A stretch of 64,000 nucleotides of DNA from a virus (IMGVR_UViG_3300012667_001143:32560-96559); one strand, 5' to 3'; counted from the first letter of the stretch, positions 31,868-38,356 are shown. Program-made: numbers and translations. Notes: generated by a model from the sequence alone, not told the origin.

Positions 31868-32157
31868 ATCTCACTCTAGATAAAAACGATGTTTTCCGAT
31901 ATGTTGTCGGGAACACATCTGTTCATCCAATCGAAGCTCTTATCGATTTCGATAATCGATACGAGGTCATGAACTTCGGAGTGTTTGATCATTCGAACTC
32001 TCGGTTGTACACCCAAGATGGAACTTATAATACAGCTTGTTTGTCTGTGGATTTTTTGAAATCTTCTGTTCAAAATCTTTCCAGAGATCAAATCGAGCTT
32101 GAGTGTGAAAAAATCTGCATTGATAGTTTTAATCTAGTTCTTGATAATGAAGGTTAA
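31864..32157 (+). CDS. hypothetical protein
   Basis: GTGA overlap. Confidence 0.55.
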   Translation: MNLTLDKNDVFRYVVGNTSVHPIEALIDFDNRYEVMNFGVFDHSNSRLYTQDGTYNTACLSVDFLKSSVQNLSRDQIELECEKICIDSFNLVLDNEG

Positions 32158-32815
32158 GAAAATCACTAAAGAAGTTGCTAATTCAGTTGTTTCTAACAAG
32201 CATTACTCACAAAGACTTGGTATTTTTTGGGAGGGCTTCGGCCTTTACAAAGATGACGTTCTTATTGGAGTGTGCTGTTATGGTCAACCATCGGCGGCAA
32301 TTCAGAAACATGCGTTTAAAAATCGAGACTTTCGATTGTATGAATTGACTCGTCTGGTTGTTGATGCAAACCATAAAAATGCAGCTTCTTTTTTGATTAG
32401 TAATTCCCTTAAAATGCTAAGCGATAAACCGTGCGCAGTAATCAGTTACGCTGACTCTGCGCACGGTCATAGCGGAATTGTTTATCAAGCTACTAATTGG
32501 CTTTATACAGGCTCCGTTGTTTCTCATGATTCTCTCTATTTGATTGATGGTGTTCCAACTCATCCAATGACTATTAGAGATCGTTTGGGAATCACTAAAC
32601 CTGCTCAGTATGCTAAAGAAAATAATCTAACAAAAATCAAACCATCTCCAAAGCATCGCTATTTTTATTTTGTTGGCTCAAAATCGGCAAAGAAAGAAAT
32701 AACGAAAAAACTTAATTACTCTATTATTAATCAGTATCCAAAATCAGAAAAGACCACTTATGATAGTGGGAATCTTTCCTGCATGGATTGCTTCAATCTT
32801 ATTCGCAAGCAATGA
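32147..32815 (+). CDS. Mom-like GNAT DNA-modification protein
   Basis: ELTRL, ASFLIS.SL, ISYAD..HGHSG.VYQATNW.YTG. Confidence 0.75.
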   Translation: MKVKKITKEVANSVVSNKHYSQRLGIFWEGFGLYKDDVLIGVCCYGQPSAAIQKHAFKNRDFRLYELTRLVVDANHKNAASFLISNSLKMLSDKPCAVISYADSAHGHSGIVYQATNWLYTGSVVSHDSLYLIDGVPTHPMTIRDRLGITKPAQYAKENNLTKIKPSPKHRYFYFVGSKSAKKEITKKLNYSIINQYPKSEKTTYDSGNLSCMDCFNLIRKQ

Positions 32816-33384
32816 ACTTCGTAAATTCAGAATCTAAAACCACATTGTTGCTTAACAATGCTTGGCAACCAATTACTACTATCACTGCGCGTGCAGCTTT
32901 TTCGCATATGTTGAAGCGGCATGTCACGGCTTTGGATAAGAATAGTAATTTGTTTCATTCTCTTGATACTTGGAATCAGCTTGCAGAATTTTATGATGAT
33001 CAACCTGTTTTGAGAAGTTCAAAAGCTGCGTGGAGAATTCCTACAATTATTATTGTAACCAGCAAGTTCTTCAATAAGCCAAAAAAGAAAAAGCTTACTC
33101 TTTTTGATCTTGCCAAAATCCATGGATATGTTTGCCAGTATTGCTTGATTAAACATCCGATCAGCGAATTGACTGTTGATCATGTTCATCCGAAGAGCAA
33201 AGGTGGATCTGATGATTACAGCAATAGAGTTTTGGCTTGTCGGTCATGCAATTGCAAAAAGGCATCTTATACTCCTTGGTACGATATCAACGGAAAAATT
33301 CCAGAACCTCCACCGATTCCATCTTTTATAATTGGTGCGAATAAAATTCGTAGTGAGTGGAAAAACTTTATTCAAAATTCATGA
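32812..33384 (+). CDS. HNH endonuclease
   Basis: CQYC, TVDHVHPKSKGG, N.V.AC..CN.KK. Confidence 0.88.
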   Translation: MNFVNSESKTTLLLNNAWQPITTITARAAFSHMLKRHVTALDKNSNLFHSLDTWNQLAEFYDDQPVLRSSKAAWRIPTIIIVTSKFFNKPKKKKLTLFDLAKIHGYVCQYCLIKHPISELTVDHVHPKSKGGSDDYSNRVLACRSCNCKKASYTPWYDINGKIPEPPPIPSFIIGANKIRSEWKNFIQNS

Positions 33385-33641
33385 CCATCCTATCTTCTTT
33401 AATTAAATCTTTGGAATTGTTTCTATCTTTAAAAAATAAACTTTTTTATTATGAAATCAGAGAAAAATCAAAAAACAGACAAAAAGAAATCATTGCTGAG
33501 ATTGAGAAATTGCGCAGTCGTGGCGACAGCAATTCTTCTGATGCCGCTGACATCTTGCGAGCTGAACTCGCCAGAGAAAAATCAGAAATTAAACATCTAT
33601 CAGACTTCTACTCTTCGTCTAAAGAAGGATCAGCCAATTGA
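33381..33641 (+). CDS. putative i-spanin
   Basis: Weakly hydrophobic N-terminus, helical; overlapped by lipoprotein ORF. Confidence 0.45.
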   Translation: MTILSSLIKSLELFLSLKNKLFYYEIREKSKNRQKEIIAEIEKLRSRGDSNSSDAADILRAELAREKSEIKHLSDFYSSSKEGSAN

Positions 33642-33735
33642 AACTGTTGATGGCATCTATACTCCGCAATCAGACGAGATTTGGCATTCTGACAGTAGAT
33701 TTAGGAAGCTAGAAAGAGATCTTTTTTATAAATAA
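33451..33735 (+). CDS. putative o-spanin lipoprotein
   Basis: Signal peptide with LTSC lipobox, +1 frame overlap. Confidence 0.55.
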   Translation: MKSEKNQKTDKKKSLLRLRNCAVVATAILLMPLTSCELNSPEKNQKLNIYQTSTLRLKKDQPIETVDGIYTPQSDEIWHSDSRFRKLERDLFYK

Positions 33736-33756
33736 TATTGATATTTGTTTTTTTAT

Positions 33757-33895
33757 GTGTATTATTAATTAATGAAGCAATATTCAGTCAGTTTTAATTC
33801 ACAAGCCTTTCCGAGAGGAAAAGGTTTTGTGGTTTGATGCTGGCGATAAAAAAAGACTTTATTTTTTTAAACCCAGCGAGTAGCTGGGTTTTTTT
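33757..33895 (+). promoter_or_regulatory. putative attenuator (21-aa leader ORF 33772..33837, alternative hairpins, terminator)
   Basis: GTGTAT-N9-ATG; MKQYSVSFNSQAFPRGKGFVV; GCTGG competes for terminator strand CCAGC. Confidence 0.55.
33869..33895 (+). terminator. intrinsic terminator
   Basis: AAACCCAGC-GAGTA-GCTGGGTTT plus T-run. Confidence 0.85.
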
Positions 33896-33966
33896 GTGCC
33901 TCGTCGTTCATTTAAAACCAAATAAAACCACCACTTCAAAAAATTCTAGATTCTTCGAAAAAGTCG

Positions 33967-33994
33967 TTGACATTTTCTCAATTCCTGTTATTCT
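33967..33994 (+). promoter_or_regulatory. sigma70-type promoter of tRNA array
   Basis: TTGACA-16-TATTCT. Confidence 0.7.
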
Positions 33995-34090
33995 TCAAAC
34001 ATCATCAGCGACGGCATCGCCGCCACCGAATGATACCAACCCGAAAGCGCGGTTGTTCAAAGTAGATCTTTCACATTCAAGTTTCAAAAC

Positions 34091-34162
34091 GCCCTCATCG
34101 TCTAACGGTTAGGACATCTGGTTTTCAACCAGAAGATCGGATTTCGATTATCCGTGAGGGTA
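34091..34162 (+). tRNA. tRNA-Glu(TTC)
   Basis: Full cloverleaf. Confidence 0.9.
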
Positions 34163-34167
34163 CTTTT

Positions 34168-34247
34168 TCAAACCAAAGGCTCATGACAAGGGAGTGCCTG
34201 AAACGCCCAAGTGTTCAGATAATCTGACATTGAAACTTTTGGTTTGG
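34168..34247 (+). ncRNA. unknown structured RNA
   Basis: 12-bp closing stem TCAAACCAAAGG/CTTTTGGTTTGG. Confidence 0.5.
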
Positions 34248-34263
34248 ATATTTAAATTTCAAT

Positions 34264-34339
34264 GCTTTCCTTCGTCTAATGAATAGGGCGCCCACCAGTT
34301 CGTGTGGGAAATCTAAGGTCGAGTCCTTAGAGGAAAGCG
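34264..34339 (+). tRNA. aberrant Glu-like tRNA
   Basis: 8-bp acceptor, 8-nt anticodon loop CAGTTCGT, altered T arm. Confidence 0.6.
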
Positions 34340-34345
34340 CTTAAT

Positions 34346-34379
34346 AGCGGGTAGGACAAGATGGTTAGTCGGCAGTCCT
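34346..34379 (+). pseudogene. 5' tRNA half (probably Met) broken at the anticodon loop
   Basis: Acceptor 5' strand, D arm, CAGTC-CT; TTAATAGCGGG shared with 34963. Confidence 0.65.
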
Positions 34380-34412
34380 TGAAATATATACTTTTACAAT
34401 TATCATGAGTAT

Positions 34413-34958
34413 ATGAGATATACAATTTACAAGATTACAAATAATCTTAATAAAAAGATTTATATAGGTAAACATCAGACAACAAATCCAAATGATACTT
34501 ACTTCAGCTCTGGTAAAGCAATCATAGATGCCATAAAAAAGTATGGCAGAAAAAACTTTACGAAAGAAGTACTATTTGACTTTGATAATGAATATGAAAT
34601 GAATCTTATGGAAAAAGCGCTCATCACTGAAGATTTCGTATCTCGTAGTGATACGTACAACCTTGGTATTGGAGGTGAAGGTGGTCCTCATTTTAAAGGT
34701 AAACAACATACAAAGGAAACAATCGATAAATTAAGATCTGTTGAAGTGTTGCAATCAACCAGAGACAAGCTATCTCAGATCCAATCAGGATCTACACACT
34801 TACCAGAAACCAAGAAGAAGATTTCCGAGTCAATGAAAGGAAAGACTCGTTCAGAAGAAACCAAGAAGAAGATTGCTGAATCTTTAAAAGGTAGAACTCG
34901 TTCAGAAGAAACTAAGAAAAAGATTGCTGATTCAATGAAAAAACTCAGAGAATATTAA
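34413..34958 (+). CDS. GIY-YIG homing endonuclease with NUMOD3 repeats
   Basis: TIYKITN...IYIG; SEETKKKI repeats. Confidence 0.9.
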   Translation: MRYTIYKITNNLNKKIYIGKHQTTNPNDTYFSSGKAIIDAIKKYGRKNFTKEVLFDFDNEYEMNLMEKALITEDFVSRSDTYNLGIGGEGGPHFKGKQHTKETIDKLRSVEVLQSTRDKLSQIQSGSTHLPETKKKISESMKGKTRSEETKKKIAESLKGRTRSEETKKKIADSMKKLREY

Positions 34959-34967
34959 AAATTTAAT

Positions 34968-35042
34968 AGCGGGGTAGTAGCAGTTCGGTAGCTCGTCAGT
35001 CTCATAAGCTGAAGGTCGTGGGTTCAAATCCCACCCCCGCCA
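34968..35042 (+). tRNA. tRNA-Met(CAT), initiator-like
   Basis: Cloverleaf; A1xC72 mismatch. Confidence 0.88.
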
Positions 35043-35046
35043 CCTT

Positions 35047-35133
35047 GGAAATATGACAGAGCGGTAATGTGTCAGTTTGCTAAACTGTAGCCACCTTTAA
35101 TCGGGTGCATTGGTTCGATTCCAATTATTTCCG
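35047..35133 (+). tRNA. tRNA-Ser(GCT)
   Basis: Cloverleaf, long variable arm. Confidence 0.92.
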
Positions 35134-35140
35134 CTTTTTA

Positions 35141-35212
35141 GGGCTACTCGTTCAACGGATAGGACATCTGGCTACGAACCAGAAAATCGAGGTTCGATTC
35201 CTTGGTAGCCCG
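35141..35212 (+). tRNA. tRNA-Arg(ACG)
   Basis: Cloverleaf. Confidence 0.92.
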
Positions 35213-35220
35213 CTTTCAAA

Positions 35221-35304
35221 GCGTTGTCGCCAGAGCAGGAGAGCTGGGATAGACTGTAAATCTATTGCTTTCGGGCTGAGTTGGTTCGATTCCAACACAA
35301 CGCA
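35221..35304 (+). tRNA. tRNA-Tyr(GTA)
   Basis: Cloverleaf, long variable arm. Confidence 0.9.
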
Positions 35305-35306
35305 TT

Positions 35307-35711
35307 TCAATAAACTTTAATTCCTAAAGAGCCTCTTCCTTTCCCTTTGTTTTTGGCTCTACAGGTGTCCAACTGAGAATCACAATTTGGACATATCAAT
35401 CTGAAATTTTGCCAGTGGTTATTCAAAGCGCATCCGTCAATATGGTCAACCCATAATCTTATTGGTTTTTCATTCCATTCGGTGATTCCGCAGATTTCAC
35501 AAAAGTTTCCCCTTTCTTGGACTAGATGTTTATAGACAGTGGTTCTATTTATTTGCTTCCCAACAAATTCTCCATTCTTTAGTTTGTCCAAATAAAGAGC
35601 GGCTTCAAAAGACCTTTGGCATTTGTTGCTACAATATTTTCCAGTGGAAGAGTATCCGAATAAAAAGTCTTGTTTGCAGTATAAACATCTTGACTTAAAC
35701 TTCTTTTTCAT
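35307..35711 (-). CDS. HNH homing endonuclease
   Basis: KYCSNKC, CEICG, VDHIDG...N.RLICPNC. Confidence 0.88.
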   Translation of the reverse strand: MKKKFKSRCLYCKQDFLFGYSSTGKYCSNKCQRSFEAALYLDKLKNGEFVGKQINRTTVYKHLVQERGNFCEICGITEWNEKPIRLWVDHIDGCALNNHWQNFRLICPNCDSQLDTCRAKNKGKGRGSLGIKVY

Positions 35712-35748
35712 GTATATATATACACGTTAGTTTTCATTTTTCAATTAT

Positions 35749-35822
35749 CCACGTATGGCTGAGGCGGACAAAGCACCTTCTTTATAAGGGGGATTTTGTG
35801 GGTTCGAACCCCACTGCGCGGA
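35749..35822 (+). tRNA. tRNA-Ile(TAT)
   Basis: Cloverleaf, one acceptor mismatch. Confidence 0.82.
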
Positions 35823-35828
35823 CTTAAA

Positions 35829-35900
35829 CCACACTAAGCTTTAATGGTGAAGCGTCTGTCTGAAGAACAGAAAAAGTCGATTCAAGCGCGACAGTGTGGA
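35829..35900 (+). tRNA. tRNA-Phe(GAA)
   Basis: Cloverleaf, T-stem mismatch. Confidence 0.82.
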
Positions 35901-35903
35901 CTT

Positions 35904-35967
35904 TATCGAGAAGAACTCGATACGACCATCAGGGTTTTGGTCTCCTGATGTAAAAGAAAAGACCGTA
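35904..35967 (+). ncRNA. hairpin plus H-type pseudoknot
   Basis: CATCAGG/CCTGATG; loop GGTCT pairs AGACC. Confidence 0.5.
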
Positions 35968-35976
35968 CAATTTCAA

Positions 35977-36044
35977 TGAGGGAAGATTCGACATGCATTC
36001 AGGATCGTAGCCTGAAACGGTCGCTGCGAAATCGGAACTCACCA
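35977..36044 (+). ncRNA. rod-like RNA ending in ACCA
   Basis: Nested stems, apical TTCAGG/CCTGAA. Confidence 0.45.
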
Positions 36045-36052
36045 ATTTCAAT

Positions 36053-36124
36053 GGGTCGTTCGTTCAACGGATAGGACTTTAGATTTCTACTCTAATAATG
36101 GGGGTTCGATTCCCTCACGACCTA
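36053..36124 (+). tRNA. tRNA-Arg(TCT)
   Basis: Cloverleaf. Confidence 0.92.
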
Positions 36125-36130
36125 CTTTAA

Positions 36131-36199
36131 TGCTCGCTGGAGTCCTGCATGTCGCGATCAGGATAGCCTGTGCTGTGCAAACCAGACGGTGAGCAACCA
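36131..36199 (+). ncRNA. tRNA-sized non-cloverleaf RNA with acceptor-like stem and ACCA
   Basis: TGCTCGCTG/CGGTGAGCA then ACCA. Confidence 0.6.
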
Positions 36200-36204
36200 A
36201 TTTC

Positions 36205-36275
36205 GCGGGATTAGTTTAATGGTAAAACAATAGCCTTCCAAGCTGAAGTCGAGAGTTCGATTCTCTCATCCCGCA
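36205..36275 (+). tRNA. tRNA-Gly(TCC)
   Basis: Cloverleaf. Confidence 0.92.
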
Positions 36276-36278
36276 CTT

Positions 36279-36435
36279 TTTGTCATGCCATATGCAGCAC
36301 AGACATGTATATGCGCGTATGCGGTGACGCGCTGCTAACCACAGTGCAATAGACGCAACGTAATCCGACGCATGGTGGTAAAGTCAGGTGGTTCTGAAAA
36401 TATCCATCCTCTGTGAATTTCGGTAGTATGACAAA
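36279..36435 (+). ncRNA. unknown multi-stem RNA
   Basis: Four nested stems. Confidence 0.6.
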
Positions 36436-36442
36436 GTTTTTT

Positions 36443-36516
36443 CTGGTATTAGCGAAGCTTGGTATCGCGCCTGATTTGGATTCAGGAGATCGTAGGTTCA
36501 AATCCTACATACCAGA
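36443..36516 (+). tRNA. tRNA-Pro(TGG)
   Basis: Cloverleaf. Confidence 0.92.
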
Positions 36517-36521
36517 CTTTT

Positions 36522-36586
36522 ATAATGCTCTCGTTGGAACGGAAACTTTGATTTGCAATATACAAGTCCCTCTGACGGGGTGTTAT
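36522..36586 (+). ncRNA. long GU-rich hairpin
   Basis: About 16-bp stem with one bulge. Confidence 0.4.
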
Positions 36587-36592
36587 TTTTTG

Positions 36593-36679
36593 GGGTGTGT
36601 GACAGAGTGGTCGATTGTGCTAGTCTTGAAAACTAGAGGGGTCTTAAAGCCTCCGTGGGTTCGAATCCTACCGCACCCG
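36593..36679 (+). tRNA. tRNA-Ser(TGA)
   Basis: Cloverleaf, long variable arm. Confidence 0.93.
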
Positions 36680-36686
36680 CTTTTTA

Positions 36687-36758
36687 CCGAGAGTAGCATA
36701 TGTGGTAATGTCTAGGATTGTGACTCCTACTAATCAGGTTCGAGTCCTGACTCGCGGA
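36687..36758 (+). tRNA. tRNA-His(GTG), atypical
   Basis: Cloverleaf; no G-1, A73. Confidence 0.8.
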
Positions 36759-36775
36759 TTTTTTATTTGTTTAAT

Positions 36776-36846
36776 TGGGGATTGGTGTAACGGCAGCACC
36801 GTAGATTTTGAATCTATTAGTGGGGGTTCGAATCCCTCATCCCCTG
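36776..36846 (+). tRNA. tRNA-Gln(TTG)
   Basis: Cloverleaf. Confidence 0.92.
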
Positions 36847-36848
36847 CT

Positions 36849-36945
36849 TTTTCTACCTGAAAAGAGCCTATAAGGAACGGTGATATAATGATCGTAGTGC
36901 TTCGGCCTGATTGTTTGAGTCGGGCGAATCCTGTGTGGTAGAAAG
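36849..36945 (+). ncRNA. unknown branched RNA
   Basis: TTTCTACC/GGTAGAAA enclosing hairpins. Confidence 0.5.
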
Positions 36946-36950
36946 TTTTT

Positions 36951-37023
36951 GGGAGTATAATTCAATTGGTAGAATACCTCACTTTTAATGAGTAAGTTTC
37001 GGGTTCAAGTCCCGATGCTCCCA
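36951..37023 (+). tRNA. tRNA-Lys(TTT)
   Basis: Cloverleaf. Confidence 0.92.
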
Positions 37024-37029
37024 CTGGAT

Positions 37030-37097
37030 GTCAGATTGCAACTGACTGATCTGGAATAAGCAGGAGAAGGTCCAGAAAGAATGATGAATAACCCTGC
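37030..37097 (+). ncRNA. hairpin plus H-type pseudoknot
   Basis: GTCAG/CTGAC; TCTGGA/TCCAGA; GCAGG/CCTGC. Confidence 0.45.
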
Positions 37098-37141
37098 ACA
37101 AATTTAGTTGACTTCTGTAGAAAATAGTCTAAAATGTATAT

Positions 37142-37504
37142 ATGAAGTTCGTAAACAGATTATGTAAAAAACACGGACATACAGAATTTGTATTAGAGAG
37201 TCGAGGGTATTATAGATGCAAACAATGTCGTTCTGAAAATGTTCAAAAAACTAGAAGATTAAATAAAAGCATTTTGGTAAAGGAGCATGGAGCGTGTTGT
37301 ATTATTTGTGGATATGATAAATATGTCGGAGCTTTACAATTTCACCATTTAGATCCTTCATTGAAAAGTTTTGGTCTTGCTCATAAAGGTAGGACATTGG
37401 GCATAGACTCTCTTAGAGAAGAAGCTAAAAAATGTATTTTATTATGTGCGAATTGCCATAGTGAAGTAGAAGGAGGAATTATAAAAATCCCAGTAACGCA
37501 CTAG
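37142..37504 (+). CDS. HNH homing endonuclease
   Basis: CKKHG, ALQFHHLDP, CILLCANCH; own TTGACT-16-TAAAAT promoter. Confidence 0.88.
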   Translation: MKFVNRLCKKHGHTEFVLESRGYYRCKQCRSENVQKTRRLNKSILVKEHGACCIICGYDKYVGALQFHHLDPSLKSFGLAHKGRTLGIDSLREEAKKCILLCANCHSEVEGGIIKIPVTH

Positions 37505-37559
37505 GTGTGCGGCCGCTCTGTTAAAGCGTGTGAGCTTGGTTCGATGCCAAGACTGGGAG
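37488..37559 (+). tRNA. tRNA-Asn(GTT)
   Basis: Cloverleaf; overlaps HNH stop codon. Confidence 0.85.
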
Positions 37560-37589
37560 CTTTTAAAGGAACCTTAATATAATTACAGT

Positions 37590-37895
37590 ATGAGCGGAGG
37601 ACATTTTGATTACAAACAATACGACATTTTCGAAATCGCTAGAGAGATTGAACGTCTCATTAAGTTCAATGATTCAGATCAGGTTAACGAATATGGTAAA
37701 AGAATCGGTAGAGACTTCAGCGGTGAAACAATTACAAAGTTCAAGATTGCCATTGACATCCTAAGCCAAGCTGCTATCATGGCACAAAGAATCGATTGGT
37801 TGGTTAGCGGTGACGATGGAGAAGAAACGTTCCATCAACGCTGGGATGAAGATCTAACAAATTTGCTTGGAGAGGGTCTGGAAGAGCATGCATAA
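37590..37895 (+). CDS. hypothetical protein
   Basis: GGAAC-N5-TATAAT upstream; IDWLVSGDDGEE. Confidence 0.75.
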   Translation: MSGGHFDYKQYDIFEIAREIERLIKFNDSDQVNEYGKRIGRDFSGETITKFKIAIDILSQAAIMAQRIDWLVSGDDGEETFHQRWDEDLTNLLGEGLEEHA

Positions 37896-37934
37896 TGAGG
37901 GGCAGTACCTCAAGACTCTACAAAAACTCCAAGC
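37865..37934 (+). ncRNA. anticodon-less tRNA-like element
   Basis: 7-bp stem with G3.U70, T arm with GGCAGTA loop, outer 8-bp stem. Confidence 0.55.
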
Positions 37935-37949
37935 GCCACTTTATAAATC

Positions 37950-38165
37950 CACGCTGACTCGTCACCAGCTAGTGTGTTCGCGATAGATGCTTGATGTAGA
38001 GACAACATTGAGACCACATGAAAGAAGCTAGTAATACTAGTAAAAATCGCAAGTCTAGGCTGAAGAGAGACGGTCAGCAAGGATGTCTCGGTTGCGTGAA
38101 ACTTGTTACATAACTGTTGGCTGGAGCGAAAGCTTTGAAGGTTGACAATCTTCTTCGGAAGAGTT
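37950..38165 (+). ncRNA. unknown pseudoknotted RNA, about 215 nt
   Basis: Several stems; cUUCGg and GAAA tetraloops. Confidence 0.6.
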
Positions 38166-38184
38166 ATGATCACGAAATTTTATT

Positions 38185-38271
38185 GCTGAAGTCGCATAGT
38201 GGTCGATTGCACCTGCCTTGTAAGCAGGATTGGTAAAACCAACTTCGTGGGTTCGAATCCCACCTTCAGCT
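38185..38271 (+). tRNA. tRNA-Thr(TGT) with long variable arm
   Basis: Cloverleaf; TTGGT-AAA-ACCAA extra arm. Confidence 0.88.
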
Positions 38272-38277
38272 CTTAAT

Positions 38278-38350
38278 AGATGCGTAGCTCAGATGGTAGA
38301 GCACGGCTTTGATAAAGCTGAGGTCGTTGGTTCGAGTCCAACCGTGTCTA
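38278..38350 (+). tRNA. tRNA-Ile(GAT)
   Basis: Cloverleaf. Confidence 0.93.
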
Positions 38351-38356
38351 CTTTAT

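Noticed and set aside
34168-34247. Hammerhead ribozyme
   Set aside because: CUGAUGA core absent
34346-35042. GIY-YIG as intron-encoded ORF
   Set aside because: No intron core; downstream tRNA is complete rather than a 3' exon
37950-38165. RNase P RNA
   Set aside because: GAGGAAAGUCC motif not found
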